Translations under genes and position numbers: made by a program
Notes under the pieces: model-generated
What the model was told of the DNA's origin: nothing
Database searches by the model: none
Seen by the model: only the letters and a program-made list of their open reading frames with translations
NCBI RefSeq assembly: GCF_001194135.2
Contig: NC_068989.1
Span: forward strand, 70,183,359-70,247,358
Direction of reading: 5' to 3'
DNA from: Octopus bimaculoides
Lineage: Eukaryota
DNA length: 64,000 bases
Shown here: positions 12,160 through 25,290 of the stretch, piece after piece
Layout: every line of letters starts with the position of its first letter
Numbering within the stretch: position 1 is the first letter of the stretch

Positions 12160-12451
12160 GTCTGATAATGTCGATTAAAGCTCAGTTCAATGTGTTTTCA
12201 CTCATATATTATCTATAAGGAGAGTATCTCTCCTGAAATAGTTTCCCCAGAGGTCTTTCCAAGTTTTAATATACACAAACATATTAAATGTAACTGTACA
12301 CAACTATATTCTGCTCAAATTTTTCAATTTCTCTTTTCCCCTGTAATCTATTTAAACCATTGTTCATTGAATCAAAATTCAGCTTGTTTTGTTGGTCAAC
12401 CCTAATCCCCAAATCCCATAATTTATTCATTTTCTGTTAAATCTATATAGA

Positions 12452-12650
12452 TTTATTTCTTTATTGCCCACAGGGGGATAAACACAGAGGGGACAAACAA
12501 GGACAGACAAAGGGATTAAGTTGATTATATCGACCTCAGTGCGTGACTGGTACTTATTTAATCAACCCGGAAAGGATGAAAGACAAAGTCAACCTTGGTG
12601 GAATTTGAACTCAGAATGTAACGGCAGACGAAATGCCACTAAGCGTGTGT
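12452..12650 (-). mobile_element. tRNA-derived SINE family B, alternative tail (B2)
   Basis: Minus strand GAGTTCAAATTCC B-box plus CTTTCATCCTTTCCGGGTTGATTAAATAAGTACCAG core. Tail ends ...gggcaataaagaaataa. Confidence 0.75.
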
Positions 12651-12749
12651 CCCTGGTGCTTGTATTAAAAACTATAGTACAAATCCTTTTTGCTAGGTTG
12701 AAAGGAATATTCATTCTAGTGTGTCTGGGGTGGCATGAGTTGAATGGTA

Positions 12750-12840
12750 GATATTGCTTGGAGTCCATGGGCTTATAATATATATCTGTTTCTATTTCGT
12801 TGTTAGATTTCTTAAAGAGGATGTTGAGGAAAGGAATTTG
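12750..12840 (-). pseudogene. Penelope-like RT fragment
   Basis: Minus translation QQIPFLNILFKKSNNEIETDIYYKPMDSKQY, paralogous to the element at 8480-8530. Confidence 0.7.
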
Positions 12841-13589
12841 TTGATGGCTATATATATATGTGTGTGTGTATATATATATGTATATATGTGTGTGTGTGTG
12901 TGTGTAAGTGGATGAATGAATTATCCTTTGTTTACAGTTAACATGGAAAACTCAATAAACAGTTACCAGGGTAGCAAAATTCACTACCTATTCAAAGGTA
13001 GGAACTCCAGGTTAATGTGCAGTAATTTGTATAGTATAAGTAAATAAATGGAGTTAAAACCAGATGTTATTCAAATTCTTTTACTTTCGACATATTTTTT
13101 AAAGACAGCATTGGTTTTATTCCAAAGGAATAAACGGTGTAAAATAATGTAATCTTCTCATCAGGAAAGAAAGAGAACCAATCTCAACAACAAGGCATTA
13201 TAATAATTTTGATGACCGCATAATTGATAAACAGAATGCTATTAAGTATTTTTTAAATAACCGTTAGTAGATCTGATGTCAAAGCTAGACCTTAGGAAGA
13301 GAAGGGGTAAAGAAGTAATAAGTAGAGAACAAATAAAGGAGAAATATAGAGGGATATGTTGGTTGAAAAAATATTCAAAGGCTTGGAAGTAGATTTCTCT
13401 ATCGAAGTAGAGTGCAAGGTGAACTAAATGTTCAAACTATACAGACTGGTATAAATCACTTATATGAGCTAAAGGTGTGTTTTTGCCAATGCTTACATGT
13501 GTAAGATCGCTCTATAAGCGTGTTAACAAAGTGATTCTTAGAGAAGAGAATATGGAAGAGTTCAGAATTACAAATGTTACAGAATCCTT

Positions 13590-13735
13590 TGCCCTTGTCA
13601 TAAGGGAAAGAGATGGACCCCCAAAAGGATGAAAGGTAAAATCGACCTTGACAGAATTTGAACTCAGAATGTAAAGCCAGATGAAATGCTGCTTAGCATT
13701 TTGCCCAGCATGCTAACGATTCTGCCAGCTCACCT
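13590..13735 (-). mobile_element. SINE family B, 5' part
   Basis: aaaggatgaaaggtaaaatcgacct...gaatttgaactcag...gctaacgattctgccagctcacc. Confidence 0.75.
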
Positions 13736-14544
13736 TATTGCACATAAATTTTAGCAACAAAATCTTATGTACCCCACACCAGGGTCATATGGACCCCAGT
13801 TGAGAACCACTGATCTAAATAGAAAGTTGTTCCCATGAATGCAAATATGTGTGTATGTATGTGTGTATGCCTGTGTCGTATGTGCATGCACCAGCACTTG
13901 TGTGTGATGTGCATGTAAGTAAAATCTAATTGATGTGACATCTGTCACAATAGCTATCACTTACAATGCTCTGTTGGATATTTGAAATCTTTCTATTTAC
14001 ATGATGTTCATTTCACAACTGTAAAATCTTTATTCAGGCAATACAGTATTTCTCTTGATATTTTTGATGTGAATGAAATTCTTATTGTCTGGAGAATTGG
14101 GCCAGAAAATTCATTAGTTTCTAAAACGAGGAATAACGTAAATAAATAAAGGATCGATTGATTTCCTTTGCTTATTTTTAGTTTTTGTTATTTTTCTCAT
14201 TATTTCTTCCCAATTACAGTTGACCTTATCATAGGCAGTTTTGTTTTTAGTTACAAAGCTGAAATTTGCACAAAACAATTATCCTTTCTTTAAGCATAGA
14301 GAATTACAAGTGTTTCCAAATTTCAAATACAGCTAGAAAATATTTGTTTAAATGATTATGTTATTTGACAGAGGTGAAACAGATTATATTGACAAGAGCA
14401 ACAAATATCAGACTTGCCTGTAAGCCTCATCACATAAACCTCAACTTATTTTTATAATGTAATCTTAATGTTTATTCATTGTCAAATTTCTTTTTTCTTC
14501 TATATTTATTTGTGCTTCGTTTCCAAATGAATTTATTTTCCTTC

Positions 14545-14960
14545 TTTTATTCTTTTTCCTGTTTCAGTCATTCGATTGCAGCCATGCTGGAGCACCACCT
14601 TCAATGATTTAGTTGATCAAATTGACCCCAGCACTTTTTTTTTTTTATAGTTTGATCCTTAATCAATCTGGCTCTTTTATCAATCTGTTAAGTTAAAGGG
14701 AAGTAAGCAAACCAACACCAGTTTTCAAGTGATGGAGGCCCACACAAAGACACATATATATACATACAGGCACACACATGCACGCACACGCACACACATA
14801 CACGCACAAACACACATATGACGGGCTTCCATTCAGTTTCTATCAATGAATCCCTGACAAGGCATTGGTCAACTCAGGAAATAATAGAAAACACTTGCTT
14901 AAAGTACTCTGCAGTGGATCTCAAAACCGTGCGGTTGTGAAACAAACTTCTTAAACACAC
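14545..14960 (-). mobile_element. SINE family A, older copy
   Basis: Same head and 3' blocks as 4957-5358, with an internal CA tract at 14745-14820. Confidence 0.7.
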
Positions 14961-15319
14961 AAGGATGACTTCTTTCTTTAAAAATCAATAAAATCTAATT
15001 GTAGACATGCAAATATTTTAAATTATATCTTGAGTAAATACTCTGACAACATTTCTGATGGTGAGAATAACAAAGGAGAGTCTCTAAATGAATGCAGAAC
15101 AAATATATCAATGAACTTTGTAAAGAACAAGCTTTTCAGGCCAACATTCCCCTTGATCGGAAGGCTAGTCCATCATAGGGTTACCTATTCACAGCTGAGT
15201 GAACTGTAGCAATGTGAAATGAAGTGTTTTGCTCAAGAGCACAACATGCAGCTGGTCTGGGAATTGAAACCACGATCTCACAGTCATGAGTGCAACACAC
15301 TTAACCAGTAGGCCATGTG

Positions 15320-15378
<59 letters not shown>

Positions 15379-15419
15379 TGTTGTGTGGTAAGAAGCTTGC
15401 TTCCCAATCACATAATTCC

Positions 15420-15620
15420 AACGATGCTGTAAAACAGGCCTTCCAAGATTTTATTGACTCTAGATTGCCAGGCTTTTATAGTTCCAGGCTGGACAAGCTA
15501 CTGCTGAAATGGCAAAAGCGTATGGGTGCATACTTTGATGAATAAAACTATTCCTTGTATTTATAAAGCATAAGCAAGCTTTTTTTTCTTTTTTACAAAT
15601 TTCATACTTGACGACCTAAT
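15420..15620 (+). mobile_element. mariner 3' end fragment
   Basis: NDAVKQAFQDFIDSRLPGFYSSRLDKLLLKWQKRMGAYFDE* (mariner C-terminus), followed by a TIR-like end ...cttgacgacctaata. Confidence 0.7.
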
Positions 15621-15720
15621 ACTGGGCTTACAAAGATTAAATCCTGGAGATGATCTGTTCAACTAAAAGTGGTGTAGCATGGCTGCAGACAAATGACTGA
15701 AACAAGTAAAAGAATAAAAG

Positions 15721-15759
<39 letters not shown>

Positions 15760-15774
15760 CATATATTATATCAG

Positions 15775-16060
15775 GTAGTTCATGAAGGAGTCATACCCAA
15801 TGACTGGTGTAGTGGCACTATAGTCAACTGCTACAAAGGTAAAGGTGATGCTTTAGATAGAAATAACTACAAGGATGTCAAATTATTGGATCAGGTGATG
15901 AAAGTTACAGAGAGGGTCATAGCCCAACTATTTAGGGAGAGAGTTAGCCAATATAAGAAGCAGTTTGATTTTGTGCCAGGCAGAAGCACTACTGATGCTA
16001 TATTTCTGGTAAGGTAACTGCAGGAGAAATATCTGGCCAAAGATAAACCTCTGTACTTGC
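15775..16060 (+). pseudogene. RTE-clade reverse transcriptase fragment
   Basis: IPNDWCSGTIVNCYKGKGDALDRNNYKDVKLLDQVMKVTERVIAQL...QFDFVPGRSTTDAIFLVR*LQEKY. Confidence 0.85.
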
Positions 16061-16714
16061 ATGCATGCATGGAAGATGGACAATAAACGATGATGATGAT
16101 GATCATGATGATGATGATTACAATTTTTTACAATTTAACTTTTATCAAATATCTTGCTGCTTATACAAAATGATGAAATGAATGCTAATTTTCAAAAAGA
16201 AAAATATTCATTCCCTCAAATTAAAATCAAATAAACAAACTTCTCATTTGTATAACTTCTCCCATAACTACTTTGTCATTTATTCCCTATCATCTTCTGT
16301 CTCTATTGTTCTTTCTCTCACACTCTGTGTGGGGGGGGGAGAAAGAAAAAGAGAGCATTCTTTCATCCCCTGCATGGACCTCATGTTAAGTCCCTATATC
16401 TCTCTTTTACTCTCTCCCTCTCTCTCTCTCTACAGTATAAAGAATGCCTAGGGATATCAATCCAGCTAACCAGCCAGCCAACCAACCAATCAATGATTAT
16501 ATTGCCAGTTAGAGATAACCAAATGCACTTGAAGATTATCATTATCATCATCATCATTGTCTATTATTATTATTATTATTATTAAAAACTTGAATTTTTC
16601 TTTACAATAGTGCTTATAAATAAAATAATGCCAGTGGGTAGATTATATAAGACTTATTTATTGATCTGAATGGCATTGTATATTCAACTAAATATGTGCA
16701 GATGGGGTGAGTGC

Positions 16715-16830
<116 letters not shown>

Positions 16831-17104
16831 TGGTCGCTTCTGTTACTTTTGACATACGAGTGTTTGAAGGAGAGGACTTAAAGTTAAAGAGAATAATAGA
16901 AAGAAAAGAAAGAAAAATCACTAAGAAGCTGTGTCTATTCGGGATGGATGCATGGATGTAATTTGAGTCCAGGAATGGATTTTGCTATGAAGTCACAGTG
17001 GGGACATTGAGGATTTTGATTTCGCCAGGGATTGAACAAACGTGTCTGTTGGTTGTTATATAATTCTTCTATTGTTCTTCTTCAACTCAAATCATTTGGA
17101 TGCA

Positions 17105-17350
17105 TCATGACATTTTACACCATGCAGATCAATCTAGCCAATGACTTTCCCAAGATATCAACTTAAGCTGTAGAGACTTTAGTGACTGCTTCAACTTATC
17201 CTTATACCTAAGGACAGGTCTTCCTTTGCCGTGATTTCCCTCCACTTGTTGGCCATACAAAAGAATTTTTGGAATGCAGTCATTTTTCATTCGAATAACA
17301 TGTCCTATCCATCTGCACTGAATTCTCATCAGCATGCTTTGGATACTGAG
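17105..17350 (-). pseudogene. RTE LINE C-terminal fragment
   Basis: QCRWIGHVIRMKNDCIPKILLYGQ..GKGRPVLRYKDKLK. Confidence 0.85.
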
Positions 17351-17525
17351 ATGTCACATATATATATATATGTACATGCACACACACACATATATATGTA
17401 CATACACAGTACACAAACATATATGTACATGCATACACTGTACATAAACACATATATATATACATGCATACACTGTACATAAACACATATATATATACAT
17501 GCATACATACACACTCACATGTATA

Positions 17526-17567
<42 letters not shown>

Positions 17568-17674
17568 CATACACACACACAAATATATATAGATATATAC
17601 ACACACATCCTCTTGCGCTCTCTCTCTCTCTCCCTCTCCATATATATATGTATGTATGTGTATATCTATATATC

Positions 17675-17770
17675 ATCATCATCATCATCATCGTTTAACG
17701 TCCGCTTTCCATGCTAGCATGGGTTGGACAATTTGACTGAGGACTGGTGCAACCGGATGGCTACACCAGA
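17675..17770 (-). mobile_element. RTE LINE 3' tail with (GAT)n end
   Basis: catcatcatcgtttaacgtccgctttccatgctagcatgggttggac. Related tails at about 26815-27010, 36975-37260, 38085-38232, 41820-42035, 43225-43410, 47215-47360, 48307-48412, 52700-52950 and 53995-54200. Confidence 0.75.
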
Positions 17771-17788
17771 TATATATATGTATATATG

Positions 17789-17895
<107 letters not shown>

Positions 17896-18149
17896 ATATA
17901 CATATATATATATATATGAATCAAGCATATTGAATTAAATTTAACTGTATTAGAAAGCTTTTGCTTTGAAATTAATTATAACTTCAATTATACAAATTAC
18001 TTAATTGTAGGAATGTAGACATAGTCCATCCATGCCCTTCATTTGTGGGGAAAAAGTGGGCGGAGCTTCTAAGCTGATTGATCATTAAGGAAGATGTGCA
18101 CGTATGTGTGTGTGTGTATGTATGTATATGTGTGTGTGTGTATATATAA

Positions 18150-18188
<39 letters not shown>

Positions 18189-18190
18189 CC

Positions 18191-18221
<31 letters not shown>

Positions 18222-18222
18222 T

Positions 18223-18276
<54 letters not shown>

Positions 18277-18283
18277 AAGATAC

Positions 18284-18315
<32 letters not shown>

Positions 18316-18339
18316 GTAGATAGGTAGATATTGGTTATA

Positions 18340-18772
18340 TACTTTTCTACTCTAAGCACAAGGCCCGAAATTTTGGGGAAGGGGGACAGTCTATTAGATC
18401 AACCTCAGTATGCAACTGGTACTCAATTTATTGACCCCAAAAGGATGAAAGGCAAAGTCGACCTCGGCGGAATTTGAACTCAGAACATTAAGACAGACAA
18501 AATACCACTAAGAATTTCACCTGGCATGCTAACGTTTCTTATTTCTTTATTGCCCGCAAGGGGCTAAACATAGTGTGAGATAAACAAGGATAGACAAAGG
18601 GATTAAGTCAATTACATCGACCCCAGTGCGTAACTGGTACTTAATTTATCGACCACGAAGGATGAAAGGTGAAGTTGACCTTGGCGGAATTTGAATTCAG
18701 AACTTAACGGCAGACGAAACACCACTAAGCATTTCGCCTGGTATGCTAACGTTTCTGCCAGCTTGCTGCCTT
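18340..18772 (-). mobile_element. Two tandem family B SINEs with different tails
   Basis: The first copy (18340-18536) has tail ...ccttgtgcttagagtagaaaa. The second (18537-18772) has the B2 tail ...gggcaataaagaaataa. Confidence 0.8.
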
Positions 18773-18784
18773 TATATATTGGTT

Positions 18785-18949
18785 ATATAGACATAGCTAT
18801 GAGTTAAGAAGTTTGCTTCCCAACGACATGGCTCCGGGTTCAGTCCTACTATGTGGCACCTTGGCCTAGTATCTTCTACTATAGCCTCAAGCTGACTAAA
18901 GCCTTGTGAGTAGATTTGGTAGACAGAAACTGAAAGAAGCCCACCATAA

Positions 18950-19011
<62 letters not shown>

Positions 19012-19220
19012 GGTTTTATGTCTGTGTTTGTCCCCCACTACTGCTTGACAGCTGGTATTGGTGTTTACATCCCTGTAACTTAGCAGTTCTGCAAAAGAGA
19101 CTGAGAGAGTAAGTACCAAGCTTAAAAATAAAATGAGTTTTGGGATTGATTCATTCAACTAAAATTTCCTCAAGGCAGTGCCCCAGCATGGCCACAGTCC
19201 AACAACTGAAACAAGTACAT
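18785..19220 (+). mobile_element. SINE family A, full length
   Basis: Head gagttaagaagtttgcttccc...gggttcagtcc, internal (TA)n at 18948-19010, end gactgaaacaagta. Confidence 0.8.
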
Positions 19221-19459
19221 GATATATATATAAATATATATATACATATACACACATATCATATTCAGACATGAGTGAGTGGACAAACAAAAGAAAAGGG
19301 CACTCAACACATTTAGTTGGAGTTACAATTGTTTAAAACAGCTTGATTTGGTTCTACGTGACTTAAAGTTTCTTGGGCCTCTGACAGAAGCCTGTCTCTT
19401 TGATGCTTAGTAACTAATAATGTATATTTTAAGTAATATATATATATAGAGAGAGAGAG

Positions 19460-19774
19460 AAAGGAAAGCCCCTTCAGTCATGGATGACCATGGGATTGCA
19501 CCTAGAAAGTTACCCTCTGAGGCACAAGTCCAGGCAAGGTTGTTTGTGGAAGGCAAACAGTCACCCATGCATACCAGCCTCCCCTCTCCACACCACTGAT
19601 GTTATCCAAGGGAAAGGCAAAGGCCAATACAGCTTGGCACCAGTGATGTCGCATCTCATTTCTACAGCTGAGTTAACTGGAGCAACGTGAAATAAAGTGT
19701 CTTGCTCAAGAACACAACACACAGCCTGGTCTGGGAATCAAACTCACAACCTCACGATCGTAAGATCGGCACTC
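19460..19774 (-). mobile_element. SINE family E with RTE-like tail
   Basis: E core gtcttgctcaagaacacaac and a distinct tail (catggatgaccatgggattg on the plus strand). Head runs into the gap. Confidence 0.7.
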
Positions 19775-20435
19775 NNNNNNNNNNNNNNNNNNNNNNNNNN
19801 NNNNNNNNNNNNNNNNNNNNNNNNNNNNNNNNNNNNNNNNNNNNNNNNNNNNNNNNNNNNNNNNNNNNNNNNNNNNNNNNNNNNNNNNNNNNNNNNNNNN
19901 NNNNNNNNNNNNNNNNNNNNNNNNNNNNNNNNNNNNNNNNNNNNNNNNNNNNNNNNNNNNNNNNNNNNNNNNNNNNNNNNNNNNNNNNNNNNNNNNNNNN
20001 NNNNNNNNNNNNNNNNNNNNNNNNNNNNNNNNNNNNNNNNNNNNNNNNNNNNNNNNNNNNNNNNNNNNNNNNNNNNNNNNNNNNNNNNNNNNNNNNNNNN
20101 NNNNNNNNNNNNNNNNNNNNNNNNNNNNNNNNNNNNNNNNNNNNNNNNNNNNNNNNNNNNNNNNNNNNNNNNNNNNNNNNNNNNNNNNNNNNNNNNNNNN
20201 NNNNNNNNNNNNNNNNNNNNNNNNNNNNNNNNNNNNNNNNNNNNNNNNNNNNNNNNNNNNNNNNNNNNNNNNNNNNNNNNNNNNNNNNNNNNNNNNNNNN
20301 NNNNNNNNNNNNNNNNNNNNNNNNNNNNNNNNNNNNNNNNNNNNNNNNNNNNNNNNNNNNNNNNNNNNNNNNNNNNNNNNNNNNNNNNNNNNNNNNNNNN
20401 NNNNNNNNNNNNNNNNNNNNNNNNNNNNNNNNNNN

Positions 20436-20482
<47 letters not shown>

Positions 20483-21514
20483 TGTGTGTGTATAATTCCT
20501 TGAAAGGGTTAGTGAAACTGAAACGAATCAAGCCCAGTGTTTTGGGGATTTTTTTTGTTTATGTCTGGTACTTTTTCTGTCAGTGTCTTTTGCTTTCAAC
20601 AATGCTCGTTCCTGTCACAATAATACCACACTTTGCTTCTCCTTAACTTTCCACTAACAGGCATTATCTGCACGCAGCCTAGACATCTCATGTCTCCATT
20701 ATGTTGCTAAATTATGCTCAGACTAAACACATAGCTTATTTCAGTAGATCACACACATATACACACACGCACATGCACACAGAAGCAATTGCATGATTTA
20801 TTTCTGGAAGACAAAGATAAATTCATTGGGGGTAGATAAATGAATGAAGACAAAAGAAAAATAAGAAGAAATTACAGTTATGTTTACAAAAAAAAAAAAC
20901 TATTAGAAATATGCAAAGATTTCAAAAGAAGATATTTCATCTAACTGAGTCTAAATGAAAACAGTTACTAAGCAAATATAGAATTAAAAAGCTACATAGC
21001 AAGAGGTGTGCATCTTTACCAAAATTTCACTCATCTAGGTGCAAATCTGTAGCTGAGTAGTAATCTACAAAACTCTTACATTCTCTTGATTTCCTGTAAT
21101 TCAGACCACCTTATGATCCCAGCAGACAAATAGAAAGGGCAGTGGAGACCTCCAGAATTCTCAGCCCCTGGACCATATCCATGCTCATCTCTATTGATGC
21201 AGAGATGGCTATCTGCAAGTGTGAGCCCATGAGTCAGAATTGCTGTTCCACCACTTGATAACTGGTGGTGGTGTGCTTACATCCCCATAATTTTGGTGGT
21301 TTCATAGTAAAAGAGACCAACAGGATAAGTACCAGGCTTTACCCTGGAGGATGGCAAAAGAAATGTGCTAGAACAGCCACTCTGACTCATGGGGATTGCA
21401 CTTATGGATGGTCATCTCCAAACTGATAGTGGTGAGCAGAGATATGGTCTGGAGGTTCAAAACGCCAATGGTCTCCACTGCCACAGGCTCAAGCATAAAC
21501 CTGTCAGAGAGCAA

Positions 21515-21692
21515 TCATTTTATTATTTTTTTCAGTCATTTGACTGTGGCCATGCTGGAGCACCACCTTTAGTCAAGCAAATTGATCCCAGGACTTATTC
21601 TTTGTAAGCCTAGTAATTATTTTATGGGTCTCCTTTGCTGAACCGCTAAGTTATGGGGATGCAAATGCACCAGCACAGACACACAAACATAG

Positions 21693-21732
<40 letters not shown>

Positions 21733-22148
21733 NNNNNNNNNNNNNNNNNNNNNNNNNNNNNNNNNNNNNNNNNNNNNNNNNNNNNNNNNNNNNNNNNNNN
21801 NNNNNNNNNNNNNNNNNNNNNNNNNNNNNNNNNNNNNNNNNNNNNNNNNNNNNNNNATATATATATATGTATATATAACGACGACTACTAGGTGGACTGT
21901 TAATGTGCTAGAAGATCACATGTAATGTGTCGACTAAGACCTAATAGTTCTCAAATGAAATTCAGCAAAATACCAAACCGTATGCTGATACGACAGGCTT
22001 CTTTCAGTTTCCGTCTACCAAATCCACTCACAATGCATTGGTCAGCCCAAGGCTATAGTAGGAGACACTTGCCAAAGGTACCATGCAGTGGGACTGAACC
22101 CAGAACCATGTGGTTGGTAAGCAAGCTGCTTACCACACAGCCACTCCT
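21515..22148 (-). mobile_element. SINE family A with an assembly gap in its internal microsatellite
   Basis: 3' block at 21515-21690, (CA)n plus gap 21733-21856, head at 22000-22148. Confidence 0.8.
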
Positions 22149-22629
22149 TAGAAATGTACAATGTAAGTCTTGATGGAAACTGATATTAACTCAGTGGAGT
22201 CAGTTACGAAATGAAAACTAAAAAAAAAGGGAGAACTACAGCTATCTTTACCAAAAAAGGATACTTGAAATATTCAGAAATTAAAATAAATAAACAAAAT
22301 TTTCAGAATAATTATTTTAAAATTGAATAAAACCTTAAGGAATACGAGAGGTAACAAAAGAAATTGCATTAACACAAGGAGGGCTTGAATCCATGCAAAC
22401 AATTGTGCATTAAGTCCAACACCTACACCACTCAACCATTGTGCTTCACTGTACAATGTATAAAATTTTTTTTTTTTATTATAAATACTTTGTGTAGGCA
22501 GGAAAATATCTTAATATTTCCCTTAAAGACTCATTATCTATCTACAGGAACTTGGTCTTCTCACATTGTCTGTTATATTGCTACCACAGTAATGTCTGTT
22601 CTTCCTGAACCTCTCTGCTTCCATGGCTT

Positions 22630-23000
22630 CACCCCTCTGCATCCTCTTCATCTCTTCCTTCTTCTCTTCCTCCTCTACCTCCTCTTTCTCTTTCCTTCCT
22701 CTTCCTCTTTCCTTCCTCTTCCTCTTTCCTTCCTCTTCCTCTTTCCTTCCTCTTCCTTTTCCTTTTCTTCCTCCTTTTCCTCTTCCCCCTCCTTCTCTTC
22801 TTCCTAGTGTTCCTTCATCCTTCAGCCTCTTCCTCCTTTTCCTCTTCCTCCCCTCCTTCTCCTTTTCCTAGTCTTCCTTCATCCTCTCCTTCTTCTTGTT
22901 CTTCCTTTTCCCCTTCCTCTCCTCCTTCTTTTCCTTTTCCTAATCTTCCTTCATCCTCTTCCCCCTTCTCTTCTTCCACCTCCTCCACTTCCTCTTCTAA
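22630..23000. repeat. Polypyrimidine/polypurine low-complexity tract with an imperfect internal minisatellite
   Basis: Almost exclusively C/T on the plus strand. The unit ccta(g/a)t(g/c)ttccttcatcc recurs at about 22803, 22867 and 22939. Confidence 0.85.
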
Positions 23001-23399
23001 AAATATCAGTAATTTTCTCATGTCTTTGTTTGTTTTCATGTCTTCTATGATCCCAATAGAATAATACTTGTTTCCAAGAGGCAAACTACACAGACGTTTT
23101 TCACACACACAGCACATGTTTGTGCTGTTTGGTGTGTGTGCACGCACGTGTGTGTGTGTGTGTGTGTATGTGAAAGAGAGAGAGAGAGAGAGAGTGTGTG
23201 TGCTATTTAGCTAAAAGCTTGTTATGCATAATTTCTATGAAATTTCTTAATATTATGATTAATTCAGTTGCAATACATTGGCCAGGATAGATTCTGGTGG
23301 ACCACGGCAGATATGTAAATATTGGACTGCAGATAATAAAAACCATCATCATGATCACTATCATCCTAAGAATTGCAAAAGATATTGAACCCATGGAAG

Positions 23400-23445
<46 letters not shown>

Positions 23446-23563
23446 TACACCATTTGTTATTCTGCTAGAAATGATAAGATTATGGTTAAACAATAGACTA
23501 TTTATTCATATGACATATTTTATCACTGCTAGCATGCAGCAGTAATAAATTTTTTTGTCCCGC

Positions 23564-23652
23564 TCGATGGCTGTTGTCCCGCTCATGGTTGAGGCAGTGG
23601 ACTTAAGTTTTAATAGTTACTTGTCTTTGTAGGTTCAAACCCCACTTATGGA
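23564..23652 (+). pseudogene. tRNA-Leu(TAA)-like pseudogene
   Basis: TGGTTGAGGCAGTGGAC-TTAAG-...long variable arm...-GTAGGTTCAAACCCCACT parallels tRNA-Leu(UAA). The acceptor stem and 5' end are disrupted by a tgtcccgctc duplication. Confidence 0.5.
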
Positions 23653-24427
23653 AACTGAAATTTTCTTTTTGTTGGTTATAAATTGGAATTTCTAATATCT
23701 ATTATAAAATTTATAGTGTCTTTTTGGGCCATTTTTTTTTAGGCATGAATGTTCGCAACGTTTTTTTGCAAAAATATCAACAAATTTCTCATGTTTGATT
23801 TGTCACCATTTTCTCAGCTTATCTCAATCAGTTAATAATTATTCCTAAGAGGTAAATTATGCAACCATCATTCATGTGTGTAAGTGTGTGTGTGTATGTG
23901 TGTGTGTGTATTTGTGTGTGTCATGCGTGTGATAGAGAGTGTGTATGTGCCTGTATGTGTGTGTGTGTATGTATATGTGCTTGCATGTATTTGTGCGTGT
24001 ATGATGCAATGAGACATTATTGTCTATAATTTGTAATTCTTATTTTCAAAATCAAAGATGGATTAGTGGTTGTTAATGGCATCAAAGCATATACAAAAAA
24101 ATAAGACAGAAGTGAATATAAATATAATTAAGCAGAAAAACAGGAAAATCAAGAAAGCAAAAATTCATAATATTTCTTCACAGGGAGGTAGACGTCTGGA
24201 AAGCTTCAACTCTAATATCACAGATAAAAGAGAGAGAGAAAATTCCAAGTATTCCTTTGTATTAGTTCTTCCTAGATAGGTAGATATCCAGAGAGTTCAT
24301 ATTTTAACTTCACAGATAAGAAAGGTTTGAGTCTGAACTTCAAGATATTTACTTATCTATGAAGAACTACTATGAACTTTTGCTTTCCTAATTTTTCTTG
24401 TTTTTCTGTGTAATTTTATATATTTAT

Positions 24428-24680
24428 CTTTTACTTGTTTCAGTCATTAGACTGCAGCCATGCTGGAGCACTGCCTTGAAGAATTTTAGTTGAACAAATC
24501 GAAACCAGTATTTATTTATTTATTTTTGTAAAGCCTGGTACTTATATTGGACTCTTTTGCCAAACCTCTAAGTTGTGGGGATATAAATACACCAACGACA
24601 GTTGTCACACAGTGGTGAGGGGACAAGCACACACACAAAGACACACACACATTAAATATGTGTGTGTGTGTATATATATA
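24428..24680 (-). mobile_element. SINE family A, 3' half
   Basis: tcttttacttgtttcagtcattagactgcagccatgctggagcactgcc... Confidence 0.75.
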
Positions 24681-24830
24681 TTCCTCCATCTTCCTTTTCT
24701 CTTGGACTTTCCTCTGCCATCTGTTTCTGAAGAGCTTTGCTCAAGACATAAAACTACCTTTCTTTCCTTCCCTGAGCAACTGCTAATACTTTGTATGTAC
24801 CACATCCTCGTGTTGTTTTTCAAAGAGAAG
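24680..24830 (+). mobile_element. Penelope-type pseudo-LTR remnant with a decayed hammerhead
   Basis: GTTT-CTGA-AGAGC-TTT-GCTC-AAGAC-ATA-AAAC (24723-24754) has the same layout as the motif at 47657, with core mutations. Confidence 0.45.
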
Positions 24831-25290
24831 CGAACCCCATCCTATGCTCAGGTTAAGGCATAGAAAGCAACCCACGATAGCAACAGCAGAGCCCAACAGT
24901 ATATGCAGCTTTACCCCTGCCACATCATGCTGGTTCTGTACCCCTTTGAGCAACATCAATTCACTCATCCATCCTCAGACACTCTCTAAGCCGAAACACT
25001 GTGTTAACAACAAACAAGATGAGGACAAATATCTGTCAAGTCTAAATAATGTAAATAATATATATATATAAAAATTTATATAAATAAGGATAAGATCGTT
25101 ATTTAAAATACCAGTCTTATCAGGTGGCCAGCATGGGAATAAAAACCTTCGAAGGTAATAATTATTATTAAAATTATAATTCAGGGTATCTAAGCGATAT
25201 CACTACGCTGGAAATAGCAGCCAAAACTTGATTCTAAAACCACATTAAATGTTCATACAGCACTTGGGAAGATGTATATATATATATTAA

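Noticed and set aside
13280-13580. Very decayed CR1-like C-terminus (RDMLVEKIFKG)
   Set aside because: Only one weak motif; not enough to annotate.
22815-23147. E-rich ORF as a real acidic protein
   Set aside because: Low-complexity purine tract; the repeat units fall out of frame at about 22815 and no domain is recognisable.
24975-25010. GAAACACTGTGTT as hammerhead stem III
   Set aside because: No CUGANGA core or stem II upstream.
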